From positions 117,486-181,485 of the forward strand of contig JBDREQ010000063.1 in the NCBI GenBank assembly GCA_043819555.1: a DNA stretch of 64,000 nt, read 5' to 3'. This DNA is from Candidatus Zixiibacteriota bacterium (lineage in GTDB: Bacteria; Zixibacteria; MSB-5A5; GN15; JAAZOE01). The notes under the pieces were generated by a model, which was given only the letters and a program-made list of their open reading frames with translations, was not told the DNA's origin and did not search any database. Positions 1-9,255 of this stretch are shown piece after piece; within the stretch, counting starts at the first letter, position 1, and each line of letters opens with the position of its first letter. Both the position numbers and the translations under genes were made by a program.

Positions 1-1
1 T

Positions 2-1576
2 GTTTTCATTCGCGCCGGTACCGGGCAGGAAGATACTCGTGATTACGAAGATATCTGGTCATTTGCCGTAACTTACGGCGGTAATGGTTTGGGTCCTCTT
101 GACGGTGTGCGTATTAAGACATGGAATACCTCGCCTGAACTATTTCCGCTCCGCTGGCCTGAAAATCCAACTATTTTTTCAGGCGAAAAGATAACAAACA
201 GCATTCGCGTTTTTTGCCATGAAATTGGACATAGCCTGGGATTGCCTGACCTGTATGATTATGACGACAAACTGTTGGAATCATCATTTTATACACCCAA
301 CGACAACAACGATCATCCACTATATGACTGGTGCACGATGGGTTTTGGGGGATATGGTTTGTTTTCAATCCGTTCGACGACTCCATCACATTTATGCGGA
401 TGGAGTAAAAAATCATTAGGGTGGATTGAGCCGGTGGTATTAATGGGGGAATATGAACAAGTGGTGATGAATCCAATAACGATCAGCGGCGAAAACTCTC
501 TTTTTATGGTTCCGATTAATCCTCTTGAAGGTGAGTACTTTCTTCTTGAATATAGAAACAATCATCCCAATGCTCAATTTGACCGTACGGATTCTGATTT
601 TAGCTGTTATTTCTGGCCGGATATAACTTATGGCGCCGATCCCAAGGATGAAGGGCTTCTTATAACTCATGTCCACGATTCACTGCCATCGGGCAGTTAT
701 CGGATGAACAATGGCACCCCGACTTATCCCCATTATACCGTTATTGTTGAAGATATTGGGTACAATCCGGGCATGGATTATACCAATAATCCCGATGGAC
801 GCGTATCCGACAGCGCCGAATGGTGGTATCCTTATGAATCCCGCAAATCGGCGTTGTTTAATCCCGACATTCCCGGTAAAGCCGAATTTTCGCCAACAAC
901 GACCCCATCCAGCGACGGATATAATGGTCCTACCGGAATTATTATCAGGGTTGACTATATGGATGAGGATCAGCTCATTGCCTATCTTTTTAATCCTTAT
1001 AATGATACCGATCTGGATGGAACGCAGGACCCGGATGATAATTGTCCCACTACCTTTAATCCCGATCAAGCCAATTCTGATGCTGATGATTACGGAGATG
1101 CCTGCGACAATTGTCCTCAGACAGATAATCCCGATCAGACAGATTCTGATCAGGACGGCAACGGAGATGATTGCGATATATGTATCGGCTCTGACGATTA
1201 CGCTGATGCCGATGGCGATGGCGTTCCCGACGGATGCGATATTTGTCCCGGATATAGCGATTTCGACGACGGCGATGGTGATTTAGTTCCCGATGGTTGC
1301 GATAATTGCCCAGATGTCATAAATCCGGAACAGGAAGATTCTGACGAAGACAATATCGGCGACGCTTGCGATTATATCTGCGGCGACGCCAATGGAGATA
1401 GAGACACAAACGTAGGCGATGCCGTTTTTATAATTAATCTCGCTTTCAAAGGTGGGCCGGCTCCCGTCCCTGTTGAAAGTGGGGACGCCAATTGCAACGG
1501 TAACACCGATGTCGGCGACGCCGTTTATATCATTAATCATGTCTTCAAGGGCGGACCGGCGGCTTGCTGCCCCTAG
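2..1576 (+). CDS. M6-family (immune inhibitor A-like) zinc metalloprotease with thrombospondin type-3 Ca-binding repeats and C-terminal dockerin-like domain; 5'-truncated by window edge
   Basis: Frame open from base 2 (VFIRAGTGQED...). HEIGHSLGLPDLYD zinc motif, PSHLCGWSK..LGW, repeated DxDxDGxxDxCDNCP, and duplicated GDANxxxxTxVGDAVxIINxxFKGGPA dockerin repeat. Confidence 0.9.
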   Translation, partial: VFIRAGTGQEDTRDYEDIWSFAVTYGGNGLGPLDGVRIKTWNTSPELFPLRWPENPTIFSGEKITNSIRVFCHEIGHSLGLPDLYDYDDKLLESSFYTPNDNNDHPLYDWCTMGFGGYGLFSIRSTTPSHLCGWSKKSLGWIEPVVLMGEYEQVVMNPITISGENSLFMVPINPLEGEYFLLEYRNNHPNAQFDRTDSDFSCYFWPDITYGADPKDEGLLITHVHDSLPSGSYRMNNGTPTYPHYTVIVEDIGYNPGMDYTNNPDGRVSDSAEWWYPYESRKSALFNPDIPGKAEFSPTTTPSSDGYNGPTGIIIRVDYMDEDQLIAYLFNPYNDTDLDGTQDPDDNCPTTFNPDQANSDADDYGDACDNCPQTDNPDQTDSDQDGNGDDCDICIGSDDYADADGDGVPDGCDICPGYSDFDDGDGDLVPDGCDNCPDVINPEQEDSDEDNIGDACDYICGDANGDRDTNVGDAVFIINLAFKGGPAPVPVESGDANCNGNTDVGDAVYIINHVFKGGPAACCP

Positions 1577-1600
1577 TCAATAAAAGTGTGTGTTTTTCGC

Positions 1601-1640
1601 CAAAAATAAAAAGGCGGGCCGTATGGCCCGCCTTTCCTTT
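1601..1640. terminator. Bidirectional intrinsic terminator
   Basis: AAAGGCGGGCC-GTAT-GGCCCGCCTTT perfect 11-bp stem (1610-1635), with an A-tract on the left and T-rich sequence on the right. Confidence 0.85.
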
Positions 1641-1692
1641 AACTAAGGGTCTTTTGACGTCTTAAAAAAACCTCAGTAATATATTCCTCACT
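1601..1692 (-). ncRNA. Candidate ~90-nt small RNA
   Basis: ECF-like promoter upstream on the minus strand. Internal 14-bp stem (1642-1677) has two G.U pairs that form only on the minus strand. Ends in the terminator with a U-tract. Confidence 0.4.
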
Positions 1693-1697
1693 CTATG

Positions 1698-1722
1698 TTA
1701 CGATTGAAAATCAATTTTGTTC
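1698..1722 (-). promoter_or_regulatory. ECF sigma-type promoter GAAC-N16-CGTAA
   Basis: Minus strand GAAC (1722-1719), 16-nt spacer, CGTAA (1702-1698); resembles the SigW-type AAC-N16-CGTA architecture. Confidence 0.45.
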
Positions 1723-1859
1723 GCTTTTTCATAATTATTTTCTGATTTTTTTTAGCACAGCACACTTTTTTCTAAAAAAAACCAAACTCTGGCGAAAACC
1801 TTTGAATCTTTTTATTGTTATTCTTATCTAAAGGGTTAATTGCTTCTGAGGAGGTTGTT

Positions 1860-2276
1860 TTGAATATTGAAATGAACTGGCAGGGAGGCTACAAGTTTTC
1901 GGGCCAGTCAATATTCGGTCATGAAATATCGACCGATGCCTCGAAAAAAATAGGGGGCGCCGAGGATGGCTATCAGCCCCTGGAATTATTGATGTATGGT
2001 CTGGCCGGGTGCACCGGAATTGATGTGGTCCTGATAGCCGGGAAAATGAAACAGGAAATTACCGGTATTAGAATCAAAATCAACGCCGAGCAACGTGAAG
2101 AAAATCCCAGAGCCTTTACTAAAGCCCATATTGAATATATATTTGAGGGAAAAAACCTCAGCCGGGGTAAGCTGGAAAAAGCTATCAAGCTATCTGAAGA
2201 AAAATACTGCAGTGCTGCGGCCACCCTCAGCGGAGTAACTGAAATAACTCATAGCTGCATAATAAAGGGAGAATAA
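1860..2276 (+). CDS. OsmC/YhfA family protein
   Basis: PLELLMYGLAGCTGIDV and EKYCSA cysteine motifs. TTG start at 1860 preferred (GAGGAGG upstream) over ORF-track 1815. Confidence 0.88.
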   Translation: MNIEMNWQGGYKFSGQSIFGHEISTDASKKIGGAEDGYQPLELLMYGLAGCTGIDVVLIAGKMKQEITGIRIKINAEQREENPRAFTKAHIEYIFEGKNLSRGKLEKAIKLSEEKYCSAAATLSGVTEITHSCIIKGE

Positions 2277-2278
2277 TT

Positions 2279-2671
2279 ATGAATCTCGAATATGAATTAA
2301 CAACCAATAAGCCATTTGATGCCGTTGTAAAAAGAGTAGAAGAATTAACGGCGGAAAAAATGTTTCGTGTTTTGCATATCCATGATGTCCAGTCTACTCT
2401 GGCCGATAAAGGATTTGAAAGAGGACCTTTAAAAATAATTGAAATTTGCAACGCCAAATTCGCCTATGAAGCCCTGCAAAAAGAAATGAGCGTTTCGCTG
2501 TTTATGCCCTGCAAGATTAATGTTTTCACCTCGGCAGGGAAAACGGTAATAAAAGCCATGCGCCCGGCGGCCATATCGGAGTTTTTTCCGGAAGCTGGTT
2601 TGGGTGATCTGGCGTCCGCTGTGGACAAAACGATTATTGATATAGTCGATGGCGCTGTTAAAGGAGAATAA
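2279..2671 (+). CDS. DUF302 domain protein
   Basis: [10 protein letters not shown] and FMPCKINV motifs, 130 aa. Confidence 0.8.
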   Translation: MNLEYELTTNKPFDAVVKRVEELTAEKMFRVLHIHDVQSTLADKGFERGPLKIIEICNAKFAYEALQKEMSVSLFMPCKINVFTSAGKTVIKAMRPAAISEFFPEAGLGDLASAVDKTIIDIVDGAVKGE

Positions 2672-2676
2672 ATTTT

Positions 2677-2886
2677 ATGCCAATTTTCGAATACAAATGC
2701 AAAGACTGCGGCCATTGTTTTGAAAAGCTGGTCGGAGTGACCGAACCGGAAGGCTTCCCTTTGTGCCCGAAATGCGGGTCAGATAATTGCGAAAAACAAT
2801 TTTCCGCTTTTGCCGTGAATTCATCAGGAAATTCTACCGCCAAAGCCGCTCCTTCATGCGCTGACAGCGGCTGCGGATTTACCTGA
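2677..2886 (+). CDS. FmdB family zinc-ribbon protein
   Basis: [16 protein letters not shown]...CPKCGS...KQFS signature. Confidence 0.9.
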   Translation: MPIFEYKCKDCGHCFEKLVGVTEPEGFPLCPKCGSDNCEKQFSAFAVNSSGNSTAKAAPSCADSGCGFT

Positions 2887-2927
2887 AACGCCTAATGAGA
2901 ATTATGCCGGTGGCGTAATAATTTATT

Positions 2928-3422
2928 ATGAAAAAATCTAACCTTCTATTTTTGGCTATTGTCACCATAGCGCTTTTGGCAGTTTACGGCTTTAATGGCC
3001 AGTTCAATAAGCCAGGTATTGAATGGCGCGAAAAAATCGACTGGACCAACCCTTCAATCTCAAAAGAACAAGTTGAACAAAAAGGTAAGCCAATTTTCGT
3101 TCTGGTCAGCACCAAATGGTGCCGGTTTTGCAACATGATGAAAGCGCAGACATTCACCGACGAAAATGTTCAGACCCAGATGAATCAGAATCTTGTCAGT
3201 ATTTATATTGATCCAGAAACCGAAGGCATAGCCAATTTTCTGGGTGGATCTCTAACATTTCCTCAATTTGCCTCAAAATTCAGTGTTAACGGCTATCCCA
3301 CAATGCTGTTTTTCACTCCCCGCGGTGAACTTATTGGCAGCAAATCAGGTTATCTCTCCACCGATCAAATGCTTGAACTGATTGATTATTTTGATCAATA
3401 TTCATCATCTCGAACCATTTAG
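2928..3422 (+). CDS. Exported thioredoxin-like protein (SoxW/DsbD-gamma-like)
   Basis: Signal peptide, WCRFC active site, GYPT cis-Pro motif. Confidence 0.85.
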   Translation: MKKSNLLFLAIVTIALLAVYGFNGQFNKPGIEWREKIDWTNPSISKEQVEQKGKPIFVLVSTKWCRFCNMMKAQTFTDENVQTQMNQNLVSIYIDPETEGIANFLGGSLTFPQFASKFSVNGYPTMLFFTPRGELIGSKSGYLSTDQMLELIDYFDQYSSSRTI

Positions 3423-3530
3423 TAAATGGCGCGTATAATTTCTCCAGAGTCTTTGCCGACAATTGCAAAAAAAAACGTTTCACAACTTGTGGAATTTTCC
3501 TTATGTTTTCCCCATTCGAAAGGACGGGAT

Positions 3531-4169
3531 ATGAAAAATAGCAGATACAGAATTAGACTTACTAAGTTATCAATAATCCTGATTTGTTCTTCATTTATTA
3601 TTTCGTGCGGTGGAAATTCAGGCGATCCTGATAAATTATCATCCGAACAGGTTGAATTGGTCAGGAAATATCAGACCATGAAATTGGCTGGTCTGGCTGG
3701 CGATGTTAAGACATTTCTCTCAATGCGTGATTCGGTCACTAATTTTGAAATTGGTAACTATCATAAAAACTGGGGCTGGACCGTCGATTCAACTAAAGTT
3801 GTCAAATGGACGACAAATTGGCCAGATGTTGCCGGTTTGCCTATTATACAGGATACTTCGGATGGGGAATGGCGCCGAATAGTCTTCACTCATGCCCCGA
3901 CAATCCTTGAAGATGGCAAGGAAGCGGTTATGTGTGTGGTAATTATTTTGCGCAAAAACGGCGATGAATGGAAAGTTTCTAACGTCACTCGAAGTATGAA
4001 TTCGGTTAATAACCCGGATGGATCAAAAGCGGTTTTGAATGAGTTATCTTTCCATCGTCTATTCAGGATTCCGCCCGTCTTCGATGATTTACGCAAATTG
4101 CCCGGGCAGGGAGGAGATTCATTGAAAGTCAAGGATGAGGCGACGAGGGCCCAGCCTACTGGCCGATAA
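3531..4169 (+). CDS. Hypothetical lipoprotein
   Basis: ATG 3531 after AAGGACGGG; basic N-terminus, hydrophobic core, IISC lipobox. Confidence 0.65.
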   Translation: MKNSRYRIRLTKLSIILICSSFIISCGGNSGDPDKLSSEQVELVRKYQTMKLAGLAGDVKTFLSMRDSVTNFEIGNYHKNWGWTVDSTKVVKWTTNWPDVAGLPIIQDTSDGEWRRIVFTHAPTILEDGKEAVMCVVIILRKNGDEWKVSNVTRSMNSVNNPDGSKAVLNELSFHRLFRIPPVFDDLRKLPGQGGDSLKVKDEATRAQPTGR

Positions 4170-6348
4170 CCGTCAGATGAGCATACAAGGCGATTAGTTT
4201 CTTGGGCCCAAATGAATAAAAATCAACATCGACGCGCATATTTTCACCAGAACCGTTTATTGATATGACGCGCCCCTGACCAAACTTGGGATGCTCAACA
4301 ATACAACCCGGACGCATTCCCTCACCGTTTTCATATTCATAATAAATCCCTTCAGGTTTTTTTGGAGTCGGGGTTTTCATATTATTTATTGTCCGGGCTG
4401 GGCCAAATTCATATTTATAAGACCTTCGGTCAATCTTGTCAGTGATATCTTCCGGAATCTCCCGCAAAAAACGAGAAGGCATTGATTCAGTTCCTCCAAA
4501 GCGATGACGAAACCGTGCCGCCGTTAATAATAATTGATATCTTGCCCGCGTCGTCCCCACGTAAAATAGCCGTCTTTCTTCCTCAAGCATGGCCGGATCA
4601 TCGAATGCTCGCGCCAGTGGGAAAAGTCCATCTTCCAGGCCGGTAATAAAAACAGTATCGTATTCCAGACCCTTGACGTTGTGCAGCGTCATCAATGTCA
4701 ATTTTTCATCCGTATCCTGATAATTGTCAAGGTCGGTGTAGAGCGTAATCTCGGCCAGAAAATTATCAAGTGTAGGTTCGGCGTTATGATGAAAAAACTC
4801 CGCCGCTGCGGCAATAAATTCATCAAGATTCTCCAGACGGTTTTCACCGGCCACCGGATCATCATCAACCAGCGCCTTATCCAATTCGGTCTCATCAATG
4901 ATTTGCTGAATTAATCTATCAATCGGGAGATGATTGGAATCCTCAACGAATTTTCCAATCAAGTTCGCGAATTTTTGAAATCCTCGCCGGGCGCGATTAT
5001 TTATTATTTCAATCAATTGGGCTTGCCGCGACGCTTCCAAAAGGGATAAATTATGTTCTCTCGCATAATCAGATAACTTTTCCAGCGACGTCTGACCCAG
5101 AGAACGTTTGGGGTAATTGACGATGCGAACAAACGATGCTTCATCCTTGGCGTTGGAGATCAGTTTCAGATAAGCGACGATATCTTTAATTTCCTTGCGT
5201 TGATAGAAAGACATACCGCCGATAATTTGATAAGGCGTATTTTCGCGCCGCAAAGTTTCTTCGAAAGCGCGAGATTGCGCGTTGGTCCGGTACAAAACTA
5301 CCATTTGCTTAAGCGAATATTTTTCCCGCATGGCCAGACAGCGATTTATTACCCAATCGGCCTCATCGCCCTGAGATTCATATAGGCCGACAATTATTTT
5401 ATCTCCGCCCTCAATTTCTGACCAGAGGATTTTATCTTTGCGCGAAGTGTTATTTTTAATAACCGATGACGCGGCGCTTAGAATCAATTGAGTACTCCTA
5501 TAATTCTGCTCCAACTTGATAACTTCAGCGCCCGGATAATCATTTTCAAAATTAAGAATATTTGAAATATCAGCCCCTCGCCAGCCATAAATCGATTGAT
5601 CCTCATCGCCAACCACGCAGATATTTTTATCCGTCCCGGTCAGAGCTTTTAATAATAAATACTGGGCATGATTTGTATCCTGATATTCATCGACCATGAT
5701 ATAGCGGAAACGATTTTGCCATTTTTGACTAACATCCGCTTTTTCGCTTAGAATTCTGACTGTCATTGCAATCAAATCATCAAAATCAAATGCGGCCGAT
5801 TGACGGAGTTTTTTTTCATAGAGCATGAATACCCGGGCAACTTTTTCATCATAATATCCGTCGGCTTCGGCGGTGAACATCTCGGCGGTATAAAGACTAT
5901 TTTTGGCGGAAGAAATCTTTCTCAAGACCGAATCTGGTGTAAATTGAGATGTGCCGTTCAATCCTAATTCATTAATTGACCGTTTAATCAAAGATTTGCT
6001 GTCATCGCTGTCGAGAATTGTGAAGTTAGACGGATACCCCAGATGCTTTGCTTCCTGACGCAGAAAACGGGAACAAAATGAATGAAATGTCGAGACCCAC
6101 ATCCGGTCAATATCAAATCCCAGAAGCGATTCAATCCGTTCTTTCATCTCACCGGCAGCTTTATTGGTAAAGGTCACTGCCAGAACTTCCCACGGCTTTG
6201 CCTTTTGTTCGGAAATAATATAAGCCAGACGATGCGTCAGTACTCGGGTCTTGCCCGATCCGGCTCCGGCCACGACCAAGAGAGGACCTTCGGTTTTGGT
6301 AACCGCCGAAAGCTGGCGGTTATTGAGATTGTCAAGCAACCTGCTCAT
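4156..6348 (-). CDS. pcrA: ATP-dependent DNA helicase PcrA/UvrD
   Basis: AGAGSGKT, VDEYQDTN, VGDEDQSIYGWRGA, LEQNYRST, KGLEY, EERRLFYVG and C-terminal HPKFGQG Tudor domain. Start at ATG 6348 (MSRLLDNLN). Confidence 0.95.
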   Translation of the reverse strand: MSRLLDNLNNRQLSAVTKTEGPLLVVAGAGSGKTRVLTHRLAYIISEQKAKPWEVLAVTFTNKAAGEMKERIESLLGFDIDRMWVSTFHSFCSRFLRQEAKHLGYPSNFTILDSDDSKSLIKRSINELGLNGTSQFTPDSVLRKISSAKNSLYTAEMFTAEADGYYDEKVARVFMLYEKKLRQSAAFDFDDLIAMTVRILSEKADVSQKWQNRFRYIMVDEYQDTNHAQYLLLKALTGTDKNICVVGDEDQSIYGWRGADISNILNFENDYPGAEVIKLEQNYRSTQLILSAASSVIKNNTSRKDKILWSEIEGGDKIIVGLYESQGDEADWVINRCLAMREKYSLKQMVVLYRTNAQSRAFEETLRRENTPYQIIGGMSFYQRKEIKDIVAYLKLISNAKDEASFVRIVNYPKRSLGQTSLEKLSDYAREHNLSLLEASRQAQLIEIINNRARRGFQKFANLIGKFVEDSNHLPIDRLIQQIIDETELDKALVDDDPVAGENRLENLDEFIAAAAEFFHHNAEPTLDNFLAEITLYTDLDNYQDTDEKLTLMTLHNVKGLEYDTVFITGLEDGLFPLARAFDDPAMLEEERRLFYVGTTRARYQLLLTAARFRHRFGGTESMPSRFLREIPEDITDKIDRRSYKYEFGPARTINNMKTPTPKKPEGIYYEYENGEGMRPGCIVEHPKFGQGRVISINGSGENMRVDVDFYSFGPKKLIALYAHLTVIGQ

Positions 6349-6386
6349 AGGGGAACTAATATAGAAAGTATCAGACCGATTGGCAA

Positions 6387-7580
6387 TCACTCATAGAGCA
6401 ACATTTCGATTATTTTATCAGCCAACAGAAAGCCGGAATCAGTCAAGCACAAACGATTGTCCTCAATCTCAAGAAAGCCGTCGTTTATAAAAGCGGCGGC
6501 TATTTTCCCTTCAAGTAATTCCAGAGCCCGCTCACCAAATTCCCTCAATAGTTTTTTCTTATCAATTCCAGGATTCGTGCGCAATGACAGCATAACTGTT
6601 TCGGTAAATTTCTGCTCCCGACTGAGATTCTCGATTCCCGCAATGGGGAAACGCCCTTCCTCAATCATATTGAGATACGAATCGATATCTGATACATTAT
6701 GGTATCGGTGATTATTGATATATCCATGCGCGGCCGGACCGAGTCCAATGTATGGAGAGCCATCCCAGTAAGATATATTTTGACGGCACCGGAACTCTTC
6801 GGGAGCGAAATTTGATACTTCGTAACGCGCGTATTTTCTATCCATCAAAATATGCGAACCCAATCTGTACATTTGAGCCTGTTTATCTTCGCCGGGCAAA
6901 ACGAGTTTTCCCGATTTTATTTTCCTCTCAAGAGCTGTTCCCGGTTCCACCGTCAATTGATAAAATGAAATATGGTTGGGTTCCAGCGCCAGCACGCGGT
7001 CGATATCGCCGCGTAATTTCTTCATTGTCTGACCGGGGAGGCCAAATATTAAGTCAGCTCCGATATTTTTATATCCGGCCATGCGGGCGTTATAAAACGC
7101 CTGATAAATATTCTTTGAATTTTGAGACCGGCCTAATTTCTTAAGAGATTTTTCATCAAATGACTGAATACCTATTATTATTCTATTCGCCCCAAGCCTA
7201 AATGTCTTTTCCGCAAAAGCAGCAGTCAAGGATTCGGGGTTGGTTTCGATGCTGAATTCAAATCCGGATGAAAAAGTACAAAATCCGCCGACCAATGATA
7301 TCCATTTTTCAAGAAATTGAGTATCGAAAAGCGTCGGTGTCCCGCCTCCGATATAAATTGATGAAATCTCCACCGGTTCCTGCTCAAATGCCGATAAAAC
7401 CATTTCTGTTTCTCGAAGTAACGCCCGGTAATACCGCTGCGCCAGTTCATCCGAGTATTTAACTTTAAAAAAATCGCAATAGTCGCAGAGATTATCGCAA
7501 AAAGGAAAATGGACGTAGAGGGCCAGAGGCCCCGGATACGGTTTGAAAACTGAATTAATCGAGAGACCCGAGGCGGTCAA
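6387..7580 (-). CDS. hemW: Radical SAM heme chaperone HemW (HemN-like)
   Basis: LYVHFPFCDNLCDYCDF, YIGGGTPT, DLIFGLPGQ, YEVSNFA, YIGLGPAAHG. Start uncertain (TTG 7580 or ATT 7559); the 7784 start overlaps lepB too far. Confidence 0.88.
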   Translation of the reverse strand: MTASGLSINSVFKPYPGPLALYVHFPFCDNLCDYCDFFKVKYSDELAQRYYRALLRETEMVLSAFEQEPVEISSIYIGGGTPTLFDTQFLEKWISLVGGFCTFSSGFEFSIETNPESLTAAFAEKTFRLGANRIIIGIQSFDEKSLKKLGRSQNSKNIYQAFYNARMAGYKNIGADLIFGLPGQTMKKLRGDIDRVLALEPNHISFYQLTVEPGTALERKIKSGKLVLPGEDKQAQMYRLGSHILMDRKYARYEVSNFAPEEFRCRQNISYWDGSPYIGLGPAAHGYINNHRYHNVSDIDSYLNMIEEGRFPIAGIENLSREQKFTETVMLSLRTNPGIDKKKLLREFGERALELLEGKIAAAFINDGFLEIEDNRLCLTDSGFLLADKIIEMLLYE

Positions 7581-8364
7581 GGCGCATACGGGTGGGGAAA
7601 GTTTTGAGATTGTGCCAGATAATTTCGAAAGTTTCGCCGATGTACGGCGCTTTCCATTCCGGTGAGCTGGGATCGGGTGCATATGAGAAATATACGAAAA
7701 CTGCCTTGCCTTTGATATACCTTTTATCGAGACAGCCCCAGAAACGGCTATCCTGACTGTCGTCGCGGTTGTCGCCGAGAACAAACACTTGATTGGCGGG
7801 GACCATCATCGGGCCAAAATTGTCGCGGTTGGACAACACCGAGGGGAATATTCGATAATCAATATGCTTAGACATTGGCGGTATCGGAGCCACCTGACCG
7901 TCAACATATAGAACCTTGTCGATTATCTCAACCGTTTGGCCTTCAACAGCGGCGATTCTCTTGATAAAATCTTTGGATTCCTCAAACGGATTTTCAAACA
8001 CAATAATATCACTCGCCTGAGGGGGCGACCAGTTGTAGGCCAGTTTATTGACGAAAATAAAGTCGCCCTCGGTCAGGGTCTCTTCCATTGAACCTGATGA
8101 TACGCGGTAAGCCGATACAATGAAAACCCTCAGGATCAAAGCCGCCAGAAGAGCTATTGCTATCGTTTCAACGTACTGCCGCCATATTGGTTTTTCGATT
8201 CTGGTCTTTTTGCCTGACCGCTGAGGAGTGACTTCCCGCCGGCGCAAAAACTCGCCGGTTTCATAACCGGCATCATATCTGGTATCATTCCCGTTTTTAT
8301 ATCCGGTTTCCTGACCATTATCAAGGCCGGATTTATTCCCGTATTGTGTTTCATTAAAATCCAT
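7555..8364 (-). CDS. lepB: Signal peptidase I
   Basis: SGSMEETL (catalytic Ser), FIKRI (Lys), GDNRDDSQDSRFWG. Confidence 0.95.
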   Translation of the reverse strand: MDFNETQYGNKSGLDNGQETGYKNGNDTRYDAGYETGEFLRRREVTPQRSGKKTRIEKPIWRQYVETIAIALLAALILRVFIVSAYRVSSGSMEETLTEGDFIFVNKLAYNWSPPQASDIIVFENPFEESKDFIKRIAAVEGQTVEIIDKVLYVDGQVAPIPPMSKHIDYRIFPSVLSNRDNFGPMMVPANQVFVLGDNRDDSQDSRFWGCLDKRYIKGKAVFVYFSYAPDPSSPEWKAPYIGETFEIIWHNLKTFPTRMRLDRLGSLD

Positions 8365-8424
8365 ATATGAATGTTATCGGAAAGAGAGCTACAAAGCTTA
8401 GGGCTCTAACAATCTATTTAAACT

Positions 8425-8446
8425 AAAAAAGCCGCCCGAGGGCGGC
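8425..8446 (-). terminator. Intrinsic terminator
   Basis: GCCGCC-CGAG-GGCGGC stem followed by U6 on the minus strand. Confidence 0.75.
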
Positions 8447-8466
8447 CATGAATTTTTTTGGACCAT

Positions 8467-9255
8467 TTATTTTTGCTGTTTATTCTGCCAGTCTTTTTCC
8501 ATTTTTCTAAGGGCTGAGAATCGGAGCAGAATATCTTTTTTTTCGTTTTCAAGTTTATCGAGGTACTCCTGCAATTTTTCCGGCGTCAGACCCAAATCGC
8601 TTTTCTGTTCTTCGGTCAGACTGTTGATGCGTTCCTTTTCATCCATTAGTTCTTTATACTGAATCTCATCGGCGGCATGATTGCCGGGAAACCACTGGCT
8701 ATGATTCAAATCGCGAATGATGTTTTCCCGCGTTACCATGCCCGCTCCGGGGATCTGGTAATGCACTCCGCGCGGGGAATATATTTCCCAGACAACGCCG
8801 CGCTTGCCGAATTTTGGAATCACGCCAAAATAAACGAGTCGTAACGAATCAGACATGATGCTGTGCTGTTTTCTGGCTTTTACGATTACCGAATCGGGAT
8901 TATAATGATGATAGCTGAATTTGCCGTCATGCATCGCGTAATACGGCGGCGACATCTTCCCGATCGACAATAGAACCGATTGACCGGTTTTTTGATTGAC
9001 TTCAATTTCGGCCTGAAAGAACCCATCCTTCAGGAAATACAAAAGATAGAAGTCGTCTCGGCGCATTGATTTCGAATGAACCGGAAGGATGATAATCGTA
9101 TCATAATCGATGCGGTAATGATAAGATTGGTCCGTCAGGTTTTTGATATCTTCTTTGCCGATTTTAAGCGCTTTATTAAGCGACACATCCGCGGCCGCCA
9201 TTCCCGAGACGCCCAGCGCAATAATAAATAAAACGAATACTTTAGCGGTTTGCAT
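8467..9255 (-). CDS. Hypothetical secreted protein with C-terminal coiled coil
   Basis: Long ORF with host-like codon use and signal peptide MQTAKVFVLFIIALGVSGMAAA; no family recognised. Confidence 0.65.
   Translation of the reverse strand: MQTAKVFVLFIIALGVSGMAAADVSLNKALKIGKEDIKNLTDQSYHYRIDYDTIIILPVHSKSMRRDDFYLLYFLKDGFFQAEIEVNQKTGQSVLLSIGKMSPPYYAMHDGKFSYHHYNPDSVIVKARKQHSIMSDSLRLVYFGVIPKFGKRGVVWEIYSPRGVHYQIPGAGMVTRENIIRDLNHSQWFPGNHAADEIQYKELMDEKERINSLTEEQKSDLGLTPEKLQEYLDKLENEKKDILLRFSALRKMEKDWQNKQQK

Noticed and set aside
1000..1380. Repetitive GAT/GAC-rich DNA resembling a repeat array
   Set aside because: It encodes in-frame thrombospondin type-3 repeats; there are no identical repeats with unique spacers, so it is not CRISPR.
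7581..7784. N-terminal extension of the 465-aa hemW ORF
   Set aside because: It overlaps the conserved lepB C-terminus in another frame and has no HemW-like sequence.
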